DNA from: an uncultured Rhodobacteraceae bacterium
Lineage (GTDB): Bacteria > Pseudomonadota > Alphaproteobacteria > Rhodobacterales > Rhodobacteraceae
Length of the DNA: 64,000 nt
Assembly: GCA_905182355.1 (NCBI GenBank)
Contig: CAJJBH010000007.1
Coordinates: 32,557-96,556 of the forward strand
Direction: 5' to 3'
A program made the translations under genes and the position numbers. Under the pieces are notes generated by a model. It searched no databases, was not told the origin of the DNA, and saw only the letters and a list, made by a program, of their open reading frames with translations. This document shows, piece by piece, positions 37,659 through 48,570 of the stretch. The first letter of the stretch is position 1, and the number at the start of each line of letters is the position of its first letter.

Positions 37659-40001
37659 TTATTCGCCGTAAGGAATCCAGATATTCTTGACCTCGGTTGA
37701 AGCGACTAAAAAGGCCTTTCCTTCGCCATCTGCACCTAACCAATCACGTGTTTGTCTGTTGTTAACCCATGTGCGTTTGACATTGGTCGCACTGCCTGCT
37801 TCGATTTCATGACTTAGGTCGGTGCCAGAGAATGACCAGACTGCGTCAATATCCATGTGCTCAGCCATCGTTTTGGCGACATCTGAATGTGGTCCTGTTA
37901 AAATATTGACCACGCCACCCGGCACGTCAGATGTGTTGAGCACCTGAAAAAAGTCAGTGGCGATCAACGGGAAGGGTTCGGACGCGCTTAGAATCACGCG
38001 GTTCCCCATCGCAACGGCGGGTGCCATGATCGAGATTAAGCCAAGCAATGGAGTGGTATCTGGGCAAAGTGCAGCGATCACGCCGACGGGTTCTTTCATC
38101 GCAAGCGCTGTACCGCGAATTGGAACGCCATGTGCTTGGCCATCGTATTTATCTGCCCATGCTGCATAGGTGAAAAGGCGTTTGATCGAGGCCTCGACCT
38201 CTTTCTTACCGCCTTTACCGCCTTGAAGCGTGTTTAACCGTTCCACAAACTCATCGCTGCGGGCGTCCAAGTTTTCAGCGATGAAATACAGGATTTGAGC
38301 GCGAAGGTGTCCAGTGGTTTTTGACCAACTTTTGGCAGCATTGGCGGCCTCAACAGCGTTACGTACATCTTTGCGGCTTGCCTGTGAAGCGTGCCCAACC
38401 AATATACCAGACTTTGCGTAAACGGGGGTGGAATACCCGCTATCAGGCCGCGCCTGTTTCCCGCCGATATACAGTTTGGCCGTGCGGTCAATTCCGTCAA
38501 CTGGGCCTTTGCCGCCCGTGAATGGAATGGTGGGCTTTAGTGGTTTGGTTTGCCCTTTGGGTTTTGTGTATGCGCCCAACCCTTCCCAACCACCTTCACG
38601 ACCAAAGCCGCTTTCACGTACGCCGCCAAATCCAGCTGCCGCGTCGAACATGTTGGTGCCGTTTATCCAGACCACGCCTGCTTCTAGTTTGGGCGCGATG
38701 TCGAGTGCGAGGTTTATATTCTCGCTCCAAACAGTAGCAGCCAATCCATAGCGCGTGTTGTTAGCTACCTCGACGGCTTCTGCCGGGGTTCGGAACGTTG
38801 TTGCGGCCAAGACAGGGCCGAATATTTCTTCCTGCATTAATGTGTCAGCAGAATGTAGGCCTGTTATCAAAGTTGGTGGATAAAACAGGCCCTGGGTTGG
38901 AAGTTCTGCTGTGGATTGGTGCATCGAACCAGCTGTGTTTTCTGAAACCATTCGTGTGATCATATCAAGCTGTGATTGGTCAACGATTGCCCCTACATCG
39001 ATGGATTTATCAAGGGGGCTACCGATACGCAGCTTGTCCATCCGCGCCTTTAGTTTGGCATAAAAGGTTTCTGCAATTGGTTCGTGAACCAAAAGGCGGG
39101 AGCCAGCGCAGCAAACTTGCCCTTGGTTAAACCAGATTGCGTCAACCAAACCTTCGACGGCAGAGTCTAGATCTGCGTCATCGAAGACGATATAAGGGGA
39201 TTTGCCGCCCAGTTCTAAAGTCAGCGATTTGCCTGATCCTGCGGTAGCCTTGCGGATCAGTTTTCCAACGGCAGTCGACCCTGTAAAGGCGATCTTATCT
39301 ACGTCCGCGGAAACGATCATTTCACCCACAGCACCGTCACCCGTCACGATATTCACTACGCCAGCGGGCACTCCTGCTTGGGTACAGATGTCCGCAAAAA
39401 GGAGGGCTGTGAGGGATGTATATTCGGCAGGTTTCAAAACAACGGTGTTGCCCATCGCCAAAGCTGGGGCAATTTTCCAAGCCAACATGAGCAAAGGAAA
39501 ATTCCACGGCACGATTTGACCACAAACCCCAAGGGCTTGTTGGTCTGGCAATTCGCTTTCCATCAGCTGCGCCATACCTGCGTGGTAGTAGAAGTGGCGT
39601 TGGGCCAACGGGATGTCGATGTCGCGACTTTCGCGGATGGGTTTGCCGTTGTCTATTGTCTCAAGCACCGCGAACAATCGGCTGTGTTTCTGCAATAGAC
39701 GGGCGATGGCATACAAGTTGCGTGCGCGGCCATGACCGCCTAATGCTTCCCATTTGGGTTGTGATGTGCGTGCTGCTGAAACGGCAGCGTCAACGTCGGC
39801 TTGGGTGGCTTGCGAAAGGGCCGCAAGTGTTTCACCCGTTGCGGGATTGGTGCTGTCAAACCCCGCGCTGTGATCTGTGAACTTTCCGTTGATGAAATGG
39901 CCAAACTGGCCGCCTTGATCGACAATCCACGCCAATGCTTCGGATGCGTTTTCAGGGGCAGTGCCGTAGTCCATGCTTTGAAAGATGTCTTTGACGGTCA
40001 T
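37659..40001 (-). CDS. Two-module aldehyde dehydrogenase (ALDH16-like)
   Basis: Complete ALDH module (PWNFP, FTGST, LELGGK, GQVCC, EEIFGP) plus a second degenerate NAD-binding module. Confidence 0.9.
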   Translation of the reverse strand: MTVKDIFQSMDYGTAPENASEALAWIVDQGGQFGHFINGKFTDHSAGFDSTNPATGETLAALSQATQADVDAAVSAARTSQPKWEALGGHGRARNLYAIARLLQKHSRLFAVLETIDNGKPIRESRDIDIPLAQRHFYYHAGMAQLMESELPDQQALGVCGQIVPWNFPLLMLAWKIAPALAMGNTVVLKPAEYTSLTALLFADICTQAGVPAGVVNIVTGDGAVGEMIVSADVDKIAFTGSTAVGKLIRKATAGSGKSLTLELGGKSPYIVFDDADLDSAVEGLVDAIWFNQGQVCCAGSRLLVHEPIAETFYAKLKARMDKLRIGSPLDKSIDVGAIVDQSQLDMITRMVSENTAGSMHQSTAELPTQGLFYPPTLITGLHSADTLMQEEIFGPVLAATTFRTPAEAVEVANNTRYGLAATVWSENINLALDIAPKLEAGVVWINGTNMFDAAAGFGGVRESGFGREGGWEGLGAYTKPKGQTKPLKPTIPFTGGKGPVDGIDRTAKLYIGGKQARPDSGYSTPVYAKSGILVGHASQASRKDVRNAVEAANAAKSWSKTTGHLRAQILYFIAENLDARSDEFVERLNTLQGGKGGKKEVEASIKRLFTYAAWADKYDGQAHGVPIRGTALAMKEPVGVIAALCPDTTPLLGLISIMAPAVAMGNRVILSASEPFPLIATDFFQVLNTSDVPGGVVNILTGPHSDVAKTMAEHMDIDAVWSFSGTDLSHEIEAGSATNVKRTWVNNRQTRDWLGADGEGKAFLVASTEVKNIWIPYGE

Positions 40002-40051
40002 GTGCTTGGTCTTTCTGTCGAGTGTCTTGAAAGGGCTTAGTCAGGCTATGG

Positions 40052-41068
40052 TTAGCCCATCGGATTACGGTAGTTGGCAGAATATGCCCCTGTTAAGTGA
40101 TGCTCCAGCTGGCGTTCGATATCACCCAACAAGGATGACGCACCAAAGCGGAACAGGTCGGGTTGAAGCCAGCGGTCCCCCAACTCTTCCTTTATTAAGG
40201 CAAGGTAGGTTATTGCATCTTTGGCTTTGGAAATCCCGCCCGCAGGTTTGTATCCGATGCGGTAGCCAGTCCGTTCATAATAGTCGCGAATTGCGCGGAT
40301 CATCACAAGCGTAACAGGCAAGGTCGCGTTAACACTTTCCTTGCCCGTAGAGGTTTTGATGAAATCAGCACCCGCCATCATGCAAACCAACGACGCACGG
40401 GCGACATTGCGCAAAGACCCAAGTTCGCCCGTGGCTAGGATTGCTTTGATATGGGCGTCGCCACATGCTTGGCGCATCGCTTTCATTTCATCGTATAGCT
40501 TTTGCCAGTCGCCTGTCAGCACGTGGCGGCGCGAAATGACGATGTCGATTTCTTTTGCTCCAGCAGCAACGCTTTCTTTGATTTCTTGCATGCGAAGATG
40601 CAGCGGGGATAAGCCCGCTGGAAAACCCGTTGAAACAGCTGCAATTGGAATGTTTGTGCCATGCAGGGCGCGGACGGCCGCCGGTATCATTTCGTGATAA
40701 ACACAGACGGCACCAGTTGTCAGGCCCGTCATGTCCAGTTGCTTTAATATATTGGCGCGAACTGGTTGGCGGGCTTTGGCGCACAGGCGACATACGCGCA
40801 TTTCAGTATCGTCACCTGACAGCGTTGTAAGATCGATGCAGCTGATCGCCTTCAACAGCCACGCTGCCTGATATTGTTTCTTGACAGAACGGCGGGCAGG
40901 CAATGATGCACAGCGCCGTTCAATTGCAGAGGTGTTGGCTTGAACACGCGCGACCCAATCCAAATCCAGCTCCATGCCAGGATTTCGGGGTTCTGTAATT
41001 TGCGGCAGTTGCACGACAGATTGGTCGGCAGAACGGCTGGTGGTTTGATCGCTGGTAGGGTTGTGCAT
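40052..41068 (-). CDS. deoC: Deoxyribose-phosphate aldolase (long form)
   Basis: IDLTTL, AVCVY, GFP, EIDIV, FIKTSTGK, KPAGGI and RFGASSL. Confidence 0.95.
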   Translation of the reverse strand: MHNPTSDQTTSRSADQSVVQLPQITEPRNPGMELDLDWVARVQANTSAIERRCASLPARRSVKKQYQAAWLLKAISCIDLTTLSGDDTEMRVCRLCAKARQPVRANILKQLDMTGLTTGAVCVYHEMIPAAVRALHGTNIPIAAVSTGFPAGLSPLHLRMQEIKESVAAGAKEIDIVISRRHVLTGDWQKLYDEMKAMRQACGDAHIKAILATGELGSLRNVARASLVCMMAGADFIKTSTGKESVNATLPVTLVMIRAIRDYYERTGYRIGYKPAGGISKAKDAITYLALIKEELGDRWLQPDLFRFGASSLLGDIERQLEHHLTGAYSANYRNPMG

Positions 41069-41539
41069 ATGGCACCTCATTGCGCTGTTGCAGCGTTCAA
41101 AAGTGGCATGATGACGAGGCAATGGCAAGGTTGTCCATCGCAAAAACTGCGCAAAAACTGCACAAAACTATCGCATCGCCTGAGCAGTGCGTCCGCCATA
41201 TCTACGCCCAAACGAATAAGAAAAGCACGAGGTAAATGAATTGCTTTGAGGTGCGGAACGTACCGCCAGCAATGCGGCAAGACGGTTGGTGGCTTTCGGA
41301 CATAGGGGGATGTGACCCAGAAGCGTGTGCGCTTTGGGGAGGGATCGTGGTTGCGCGTTACGCTATTCCGGGCTTGTTGAAACGACTCTGTCGCATGTGT
41401 TTACTCCTTCGAAAGTTGAGCAAACTCTACAATAAAGTGAGGGAAGTTTCGGGGGAGGGCTGGTCAGCGTGAATGGGGGCTTTTGCAATCGGCGGGTCCG
41501 CCGAAGCCTTAAATCTATGACAGAGGCAGTGATGATCCC

Positions 41540-42353
41540 ATGACCAATTCCATCTTGATCGCCGTTGTTGCGACATCGATTTTGGGGCTATTGTTATGGC
41601 GGTTGGTATTGCGTCCCGTCTATGCGCTTACGGCCCAAGCAAAGGCGGGGCAGATCAGTGCGCCGAAGCCCAATGTTTTGGCACGCCAGAGTTTCGTGAA
41701 TTAGGTCAAAGCGTTTTCGAAATGGGTGTAACACTGCAAAGCCGTGCTGCATCTGGGCGAGCGTTTACAGATCATGTGACCCACGAATTGAAGTCACCCC
41801 TGACGAGTATTCAAGGTGCTGCGGAATTATTGCACAGCGCGGATTTGAAAGAAGAAGACCGTGTTGCCTTGTGCGAAACAGTTTCTACAGCGAGTCATCG
41901 TATGAATGCTTTACTAAATGATCTGCGCCATCACGCCATTGCCAGCCAAAGTGGAGGCGTGGGCGCCTGTCTTTTGACCGAAGCTATCACACAAGAACTA
42001 GAAACTCAGATCAGTGCTTCTGGTGATGAATTGGTGCCATTGGCCGTCGCTGGCCTGACTGCAATTATTGTTCAGCTTGCGCAAAATACAGCGGCGCATG
42101 GGGCTGATCAACTTGATCTTGTTTGGGGCTTCGACAAGCTTACCATCTTGAATAATGGGGATGGAATAGCAGTGGGCTATCTTGAACGGATTTTCGATCC
42201 GTTCTTTACCCGCCGCCGGGATCAGGGTGGACTCGCATGGGTCTTGCCGTTGTGCGTAGTCTATTGAACGCTCATGGGTCACGAATTGATCTAGTAAAAA
42301 GCGCAAAAGGTGCGTCATTTGTGATAAATTTAGCCAAAATGCCTAATAATTGA
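41540..42353 (+). pseudogene. Decayed CreC-like sensor histidine kinase
   Basis: TM segment ..LLLWRLVLRPVYAL, frameshift near 41675, H-box HELKSPLTSI, second frameshift near 42230 splitting the G2 box (MGLAVVRSLL in another frame); D-box reads NNGDG. Confidence 0.8.
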
Positions 42354-42534
42354 TTGATCTTTACGAAGCATTGTCTCGAGAATATTGAAGATAGGGCTTT
42401 TTCTCTTATTTATCAATCATTACAGTTCCCAGATGGCATATTGAACATCAGCTTTGTTCTTGATTAGTAAATGCCCCCCCTCCATACTTTCGTTTAGCCG
42501 CAGTTTAGACGGCACTTATAGGGACGGTATATCA

Positions 42535-43884
42535 ATGACAGACTCCAGCATAGGGACGCCAGAACAACTGCGCGACCCGAATTACACTCCGCCACTTGCT
42601 AAAGCAATTCCATTGGGCATCCAGCACGTTTTGGCGATGTTCGTATCAAACGTAACGCCGGCGATCATTATTGCAGGTGTTGCCGGTTTTAGCTTTGGGT
42701 CACCAGACTCGGGCGCGATGCTTTATATGATCCAAATGGCGATACTGTTTGCAGGTGTTGCCACATTGATCCAAACCATTGGGATAGGTCCAGTTGGCGC
42801 CAAACTGCCAATCGTTCAGGGTACAAGCTTTGCGTTTTTGCCTGTGATGATTCCTGCAATGATCGGTGCGGGCACAGCCGGTCTGGCTGGCCTGATGACT
42901 GGTGTAATCATCGGTGGCATTTTTCACTTTATCTTAGGCTTCTTTGTTGGGCGCATTCGGTTTGCATTGCCACCATTGGTGACAGGGTTAATCGTGTTGA
43001 TGATTGGCCTGGCGTTGGTCAAAGTTGGCATCGAATATGCAGCAGGCGGCGCGGGTGATTTCAACCGTGGCAAAGAAACATGGGGCGGCTTGTCCAATTG
43101 GTTCCAAGCTGGTGTTGTGATTTTTGTGACCTTGGGGATCAAATTTTTCACACGCGGTATGCTATCAGTTGCTGCGGTTCTGATCGGTTTGATTGCAGGT
43201 TGTGTGGTTGCGATGGCGATGGGCGATATGAGCTTTGGAAACGTAGCACGCGCGAGCTGGCTCGAAGTTCCAATGCCGTTCAAGTTTGGTTTCGAGCTGA
43301 ACTGGGCGATCATCATCGGTATGTGTTTGATGGCATTCATCAGCGCAATTGAAACTGTTGGCGACGTTTCTGGCATCACCAAAGGTGGCGCAGGACGGGA
43401 AGCAACAGACGCTGAAGTTACTGGCGCTACATTTGCCGACGGTCTAGGTACAGCAATCGCTGGTGTTTTCGGCTCTTTGCCAAATACCTCCTTCAGTCAA
43501 AACGTTGGGCTTGTCGCAATGACTGGCGTCATGAGCCGCCACGTAGTCACCATAGGCGCGATTTTCTTGATTATCTGCGGGTTCATTCCTAAGGTTGGAG
43601 CAATAGTTCAAGCCGTACCAATCCAAGTTTTGGGTGGCGGTGTGATCGTGATGTTCGGCATGGTTGCAGCTGCAGGCGCGTCAATGTTGTCTGATGTGAA
43701 CTGGAACAGCCGCAACATGGTAATCTTTGCTGTGTCATTGTCGATCGGTTTGGGTTTGCAGCAAGTTCCTGACGCGATGGCGTTCTTGGGTGATACAGCA
43801 CGTATCTTGCTGACATCCGGTCTTTTGCCAGCAGCGTTCATTGCGATCTTCTTGAACCTGGTTCTACCTGAAGAAATCGGTTAA
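42535..43884 (+). CDS. NCS2/NAT uracil-xanthine permease
   Basis: QHVLAM, GTSFAF, ETVGD and NAT signature SFSQNVG. Confidence 0.93.
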   Translation: MTDSSIGTPEQLRDPNYTPPLAKAIPLGIQHVLAMFVSNVTPAIIIAGVAGFSFGSPDSGAMLYMIQMAILFAGVATLIQTIGIGPVGAKLPIVQGTSFAFLPVMIPAMIGAGTAGLAGLMTGVIIGGIFHFILGFFVGRIRFALPPLVTGLIVLMIGLALVKVGIEYAAGGAGDFNRGKETWGGLSNWFQAGVVIFVTLGIKFFTRGMLSVAAVLIGLIAGCVVAMAMGDMSFGNVARASWLEVPMPFKFGFELNWAIIIGMCLMAFISAIETVGDVSGITKGGAGREATDAEVTGATFADGLGTAIAGVFGSLPNTSFSQNVGLVAMTGVMSRHVVTIGAIFLIICGFIPKVGAIVQAVPIQVLGGGVIVMFGMVAAAGASMLSDVNWNSRNMVIFAVSLSIGLGLQQVPDAMAFLGDTARILLTSGLLPAAFIAIFLNLVLPEEIG

Positions 43885-43904
43885 GTTTTATAACTTAACG
43901 ATCT

Positions 43905-43936
43905 AAAGCCCGCGCTCTTGTAGCGCGGGCTTTTTT
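43905..43936 (+). terminator. Intrinsic terminator after the permease
   Basis: AAAGCCCGCGCT/AGCGCGGGCTTT stem followed by a T-run. Confidence 0.85.
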
Positions 43937-43974
43937 CATGTCTGGTCGATGAAAATCCACACGGGAGTTTCACC

Positions 43975-45324
43975 ATGAAAGACGACAATTTTTTACGGGC
44001 CAACAATGCACAACACATGTGGCACCCAATGGGGCATCCCGGTGAAGCGATGGAGCATACGCCCACAATTATTGAAACTGCATCGGGATCGACCATCAAA
44101 GACATTGATGGTCACGAAACGATTGATGCCGTTGGTGGATTGTGGTGCGTCAATCTTGGCTATTCCAATGACGTCCTAAAAGACGCGATTGCCAAGCAGT
44201 TGTATGACCTGCCATATTATTCGGCCTTCTCAGGAACATCGAACCCTTCGGCGATTGAAGCGTCTTATGCCGTGCGTGAATTCTTTGCCGAAGATGGCAT
44301 GGCGCGTGTGTTTTTTACATCTGGGGGATCGGACTCGGTTGAAACCTGTTTACGCCTTGCGCGTCAGTATCACCGCATCAAAGGTGAGCCGAACCGCACC
44401 AAATTCCTAAGCCTAAAAAAAGGATATCACGGAACCCATTTTGGTGGTGCATCGGTCAATGGCAACAACCGCTTTCGTATCAATTACGAACCGCTTTTGC
44501 CTGGCTGTTTTCACATGCCCAGCCCCTATACATACCGTAATCCTTTTAATGAAACGGACTCTGTTGTGTTGGCCCAAAACATTGCTGCTGCAATGGAAGA
44601 TGAGATTGCGTTTCAAGGGGCGGGCAGTATCGCTGCTTTCATCATGGAGCCAGTGCAAGGTGCTGGTGGTGTGATTGTCCCGAACGAGATCTTCATGCCG
44701 CTTATGCGCGATATTTGTGACCGCCACGGTATCTTGATGATCGCAGACGAGGTCATCACAGGATTTGGCCGCTTAGGTGATTGGTCTGGCAGTCGTCATT
44801 GGGGTGTGAAGCCTGACATGATGTGTTGTGCCAAAGGCATCACCTCTGGCTATTTTCCAGTAGGTGCCGCGTTGATGAGCGACGGCGTCGCGGAAGTCTT
44901 TGAAAACGGTGGTGAAGAGGCTGCGATTTTCCATGGCTATACCTATTCGGCACACCCTGTTGGTGCTGCGGCTGTGACTGCGTGCCTTAGCGAGACATTG
45001 CGTTTGGACACCAAAACCAACGCTGCTGCGCGCGGGACGCAATTATTTGATGGTTGTGTGGCTTTGATGGAAAAGTACGACATTGTTGGTGACGTGCGTG
45101 GTGGTCATGGCTTGATGACAGGGCTTGAAATTGTGTCCGACGCAGCGGACAAAACGCCGATGGATATCGCGGTCATGAAGAAGGTCCATAAGACAATTTA
45201 CGATGCTGGCGTGATGGTGCGTTTGGGTGGGAACAACATTTTGATGTCGCCACCTTTGATTATCACCGAAGGCGAAGTTGAACGTGTTTTGGGCGCGTTG
45301 GACGCTGGGTTAGGTTCAGTTTAG
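43975..45324 (+). CDS. Class III PLP aminotransferase (omega-amino acid type)
   Basis: GGLWC, SGGSD, YHG, EPVQG, DEVITGFGR, AKG and HGYTY. Confidence 0.93.
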   Translation: MKDDNFLRANNAQHMWHPMGHPGEAMEHTPTIIETASGSTIKDIDGHETIDAVGGLWCVNLGYSNDVLKDAIAKQLYDLPYYSAFSGTSNPSAIEASYAVREFFAEDGMARVFFTSGGSDSVETCLRLARQYHRIKGEPNRTKFLSLKKGYHGTHFGGASVNGNNRFRINYEPLLPGCFHMPSPYTYRNPFNETDSVVLAQNIAAAMEDEIAFQGAGSIAAFIMEPVQGAGGVIVPNEIFMPLMRDICDRHGILMIADEVITGFGRLGDWSGSRHWGVKPDMMCCAKGITSGYFPVGAALMSDGVAEVFENGGEEAAIFHGYTYSAHPVGAAAVTACLSETLRLDTKTNAAARGTQLFDGCVALMEKYDIVGDVRGGHGLMTGLEIVSDAADKTPMDIAVMKKVHKTIYDAGVMVRLGGNNILMSPPLIITEGEVERVLGALDAGLGSV

Positions 45325-45432
45325 TTGTCGCAGGCCTTGCGTTAACCATATTTCATTTTGACTGGCCAAAGTGGTTTTCGCGTCGTGTTGTGTACTGGCA
45401 GAATCGACTGATTTAATGCTAGGTATTGCAGC

Positions 45433-47265
45433 ATGGTTATCGACACACCCAATATGCACGACGTTTTGCCGGTTATCCGCCAACTTGATGATTCCGCAAT
45501 CAACCGCATTGCTGCGGGTGAGGTGGTCGAACGTCCTGCGTCTGCCGTCAAAGAGTTGGTGGAAAATGCAATTGACGCAGGTGCGCGGCGTATTTCCATT
45601 GATGTAGCTGACGGTGGCAAGACGCTGATCCGGGTGACGGATGATGGATGCGGTATCGCGGGCACTGATTTGGTTTTGGCCTTGTCGCGTCATGCGACGT
45701 CCAAAATCGACGGTTCCGATCTTCTTAATATCCACACATTCGGTTTTCGCGGAGAGGCACTGCCGTCTTTGGGTGCAGTTGGTCGACTGAATATCACATC
45801 CCGCGTCAAAGGGGCCGAGGCATTCGAGATGAATGTCGAAGGAGGCCAAATGGGGCAAGTGCGGCCCGCTGCGTTGAACGGTGGCACTGTGATCACCCTG
45901 CGCGACTTGTTTTACGCTACTCCTGCACGGTTAAAGTTTCTACGGACGGACCGCGCTGAAACAACAGCAATCAACGACATCGTAAAGCGGCTTGCGATGG
46001 CAGAACCATTTGTGCGGTTTGAGCTGCGAGACGTAAGCGGTGATACGCCTCGTACTACGTTTCGTGCCGAAGCTGAAAACGGTGATATGTTTGACGCGCT
46101 GCATGGGCGATTGTCGACGGTGTTGGGGCGTGAGTTTGCGGACAACTCGCTTAAAATCGATGCACTGCGCGAGGGCCTACACTTGACGGGATATGCAGCA
46201 TTGCCGACGTATTCACGTGGGTCAGCGGTGCAGCAATATCTTTTTGTAAATGGACGACCTGTGCGGGATAAACTGTTGGTTGGGGCCTTGCGCGGTGCAT
46301 ATTTTGATTTCCTCAGCCGTGATCGTCACCCCGCTGCGGCACTGTTCTTGGACTGTGACCCAACACTTGTTGACGTTAATGTGCATCCCGCAAAATCGGA
46401 AGTTCGCTTTCGTGATCCCGGGCTGGCGCGTGGATTGATTGTATCGGCCCTACGTCACGCCTTGGCCGAAGCTGGGCACCGCGCATCAACCACAGTTGCA
46501 GGTGCAACTTTGGGTGCGATGACGCCAGAACCGACAGGCGCACGAGTGTATCAGATGGACCGTCCGTCAATGGGGTTACGGGCTGCGTCATATCAATCGC
46601 AAGCCCCCGGTTTCGCAGAGATGAACCATGCCTACAGCGGGCAGGTCGTTGATCCCGTTACGGTAGATGAAACCCATGCCGTTGATTTGCCTTTGGGCAC
46701 AGCACGTGGACAGGTCCACGAGAATTATATTATCGCCCAGACAGCGACAGGTATGGTGATTGTTGACCAACATGCGGCACACGAGCGCCTAGTGTACGAG
46801 AAGCTGAAATACCAAATGGCTAAAAACGGAGTTGCTGCGCAGGCGTTGCTGATCCCTGAAATTATTGAATTGTCTGACGGTGATTGCGCAAGATTGCTTG
46901 AGGTCGCGGATCAGCTGTCGCGTTTTGGACTAGGCATCGAACCTTTTGGTGGTGGTGCAATTGCGGTGCGCGAAACTCCTGCGATTTTGGGCGAAGTGAA
47001 TGCGCGAGCCATGATCCTTGATATTCTGGATGAGCTTGCGGATCAGGGCAGTTCGAACATGGTGCAAGCCAAGGTCGAAGCGATCTTGAGCCGTATAGCT
47101 TGTCACGGATCGATCCGGTCAGGTCGATGGATGCGGGCTGAAGAAATGAATGCGCTGCTGCGCGAGATGGAAGTTACACCTCATTCAGGGCAATGCAACC
47201 ACGGCCGCCCCACTTATGTGGAACTGAAATTGGCCGATATTGAACGATTGTTTGGACGCACATGA
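45433..47265 (+). CDS. mutL: DNA mismatch repair endonuclease MutL
   Basis: [25 protein letters not shown] and CNHGRP. Confidence 0.98.
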   Translation: MVIDTPNMHDVLPVIRQLDDSAINRIAAGEVVERPASAVKELVENAIDAGARRISIDVADGGKTLIRVTDDGCGIAGTDLVLALSRHATSKIDGSDLLNIHTFGFRGEALPSLGAVGRLNITSRVKGAEAFEMNVEGGQMGQVRPAALNGGTVITLRDLFYATPARLKFLRTDRAETTAINDIVKRLAMAEPFVRFELRDVSGDTPRTTFRAEAENGDMFDALHGRLSTVLGREFADNSLKIDALREGLHLTGYAALPTYSRGSAVQQYLFVNGRPVRDKLLVGALRGAYFDFLSRDRHPAAALFLDCDPTLVDVNVHPAKSEVRFRDPGLARGLIVSALRHALAEAGHRASTTVAGATLGAMTPEPTGARVYQMDRPSMGLRAASYQSQAPGFAEMNHAYSGQVVDPVTVDETHAVDLPLGTARGQVHENYIIAQTATGMVIVDQHAAHERLVYEKLKYQMAKNGVAAQALLIPEIIELSDGDCARLLEVADQLSRFGLGIEPFGGGAIAVRETPAILGEVNARAMILDILDELADQGSSNMVQAKVEAILSRIACHGSIRSGRWMRAEEMNALLREMEVTPHSGQCNHGRPTYVELKLADIERLFGRT

Positions 47266-48500
47266 TTGAAATTTCGGGACAAACCTTTGCACTGAACGAT
47301 CCTTTAGTGATCATCTCGTTGATTGGCATTGCTGTGGTCATATTGATCGTTGTTTTGTTGATTGTCGCGGTGCGATCGGCTGGCCGTTCAGCTGCCGCCG
47401 CTGCACCCCTTGCACAGCAAATGGGCATCCTTGGCCAACACGTGCAGCAGTTGAATATGGGGCAGGCGGCTTTGCAAGGTGGCTTGCAGACTGTGTCTGA
47501 TACTCAAGTAAATGCGCAGGCTCAGATCACTCAAACGATGGAGGTCCGACTGGCCGCCGTACAACAACAGATGCAAGATCGTTTGGCCGAAAATGCGATG
47601 CGATCCCAACACTCTATGACCGAGATGCAGGAGCGGATGAAGGAGACCCTAAACGGATCGTCCAAGCAAACGACGGTCAGTTTGACACAACTGCAGGAAC
47701 GTTTGGCCTCAATCGACAAAGCGCAGGACAATATTACCAAGCTGTCAGGTGATGTTTTGTCCCTGCAGGATATCCTTAGCAACAAGCAAACTCGTGGTGC
47801 ATTTGGTGAAATCCAGTTGACGGACATTGTAGGTAAAGCGCTGCCTAAGGATAGTTTTCAGCTACAGGTCACGCTTAGCAACGGCAAACGCGCCGACTGT
47901 TTGATTGCACTGCCAAATCCACCTGGTCCTATCGTGATTGATAGCAAGTTTCCGCTTGAAGCCTACGAGGCCTTGCGCCGCGCCAAGACCGATTGGGAGG
48001 TCAAAGAGGCGGTCAGAGCGATGAAAGTTTCGGTCAAGAAACACATTAAGGATATCAGCGATAAGTACATTATTGAGGGGGAAACGGCCGATGGTGCGTT
48101 GATGTTCCTTCCATCAGAAGCTGTCTATGCGGAACTTCATGCGAACTTCCCGGAACTGGTACGAGAGGGATTTGACCAGCGCGTCTGGATCGTTTCGCCA
48201 ACCACTTGTATGGCGACACTCAACACGATGCGCGCGATCCTGAAAGACGCGAGGATGCGAGAGCAAGCGGGTGCCATTCGGACGACATTGAAAAGCCTTC
48301 ACCGAGATGTTGAATTGGTTGTTGAACGTGTGGACAAATTGAACACCCATTTCGGGCAAGCTCGTAAAGACTTGGATGGTATTAGTACGGCCGCAGAACG
48401 TGCGGGCAAACGCGCGGCACGGTTGGATAATTTTGATTTTGAAGAGCTGACGGCGGACGAACAATCAACTGTGGTGCCGTTGGCCAAACCAGAGGTTTGA
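47262..48500 (+). CDS. rmuC: DNA recombination protein RmuC
   Basis: N-terminal TM and coiled coil; RGAFGE, IDSKFP, MFLPSE and SPTT. Confidence 0.93.
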   Translation: MIEISGQTFALNDPLVIISLIGIAVVILIVVLLIVAVRSAGRSAAAAAPLAQQMGILGQHVQQLNMGQAALQGGLQTVSDTQVNAQAQITQTMEVRLAAVQQQMQDRLAENAMRSQHSMTEMQERMKETLNGSSKQTTVSLTQLQERLASIDKAQDNITKLSGDVLSLQDILSNKQTRGAFGEIQLTDIVGKALPKDSFQLQVTLSNGKRADCLIALPNPPGPIVIDSKFPLEAYEALRRAKTDWEVKEAVRAMKVSVKKHIKDISDKYIIEGETADGALMFLPSEAVYAELHANFPELVREGFDQRVWIVSPTTCMATLNTMRAILKDARMREQAGAIRTTLKSLHRDVELVVERVDKLNTHFGQARKDLDGISTAAERAGKRAARLDNFDFEELTADEQSTVVPLAKPEV

Positions 48501-48570
48501 TGTTCCGTATTTACTGTCGATGGATCAAATATCAATTGAAAAGTAAAGTATTCCACTTCGCAACGATTGC

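Noticed and set aside
42351-42419. TGATTGAT/ATCAATCA inverted repeat, or a riboswitch, before the permease
   Set aside because: An 8-bp match in AT-rich DNA; no purine riboswitch core recognised
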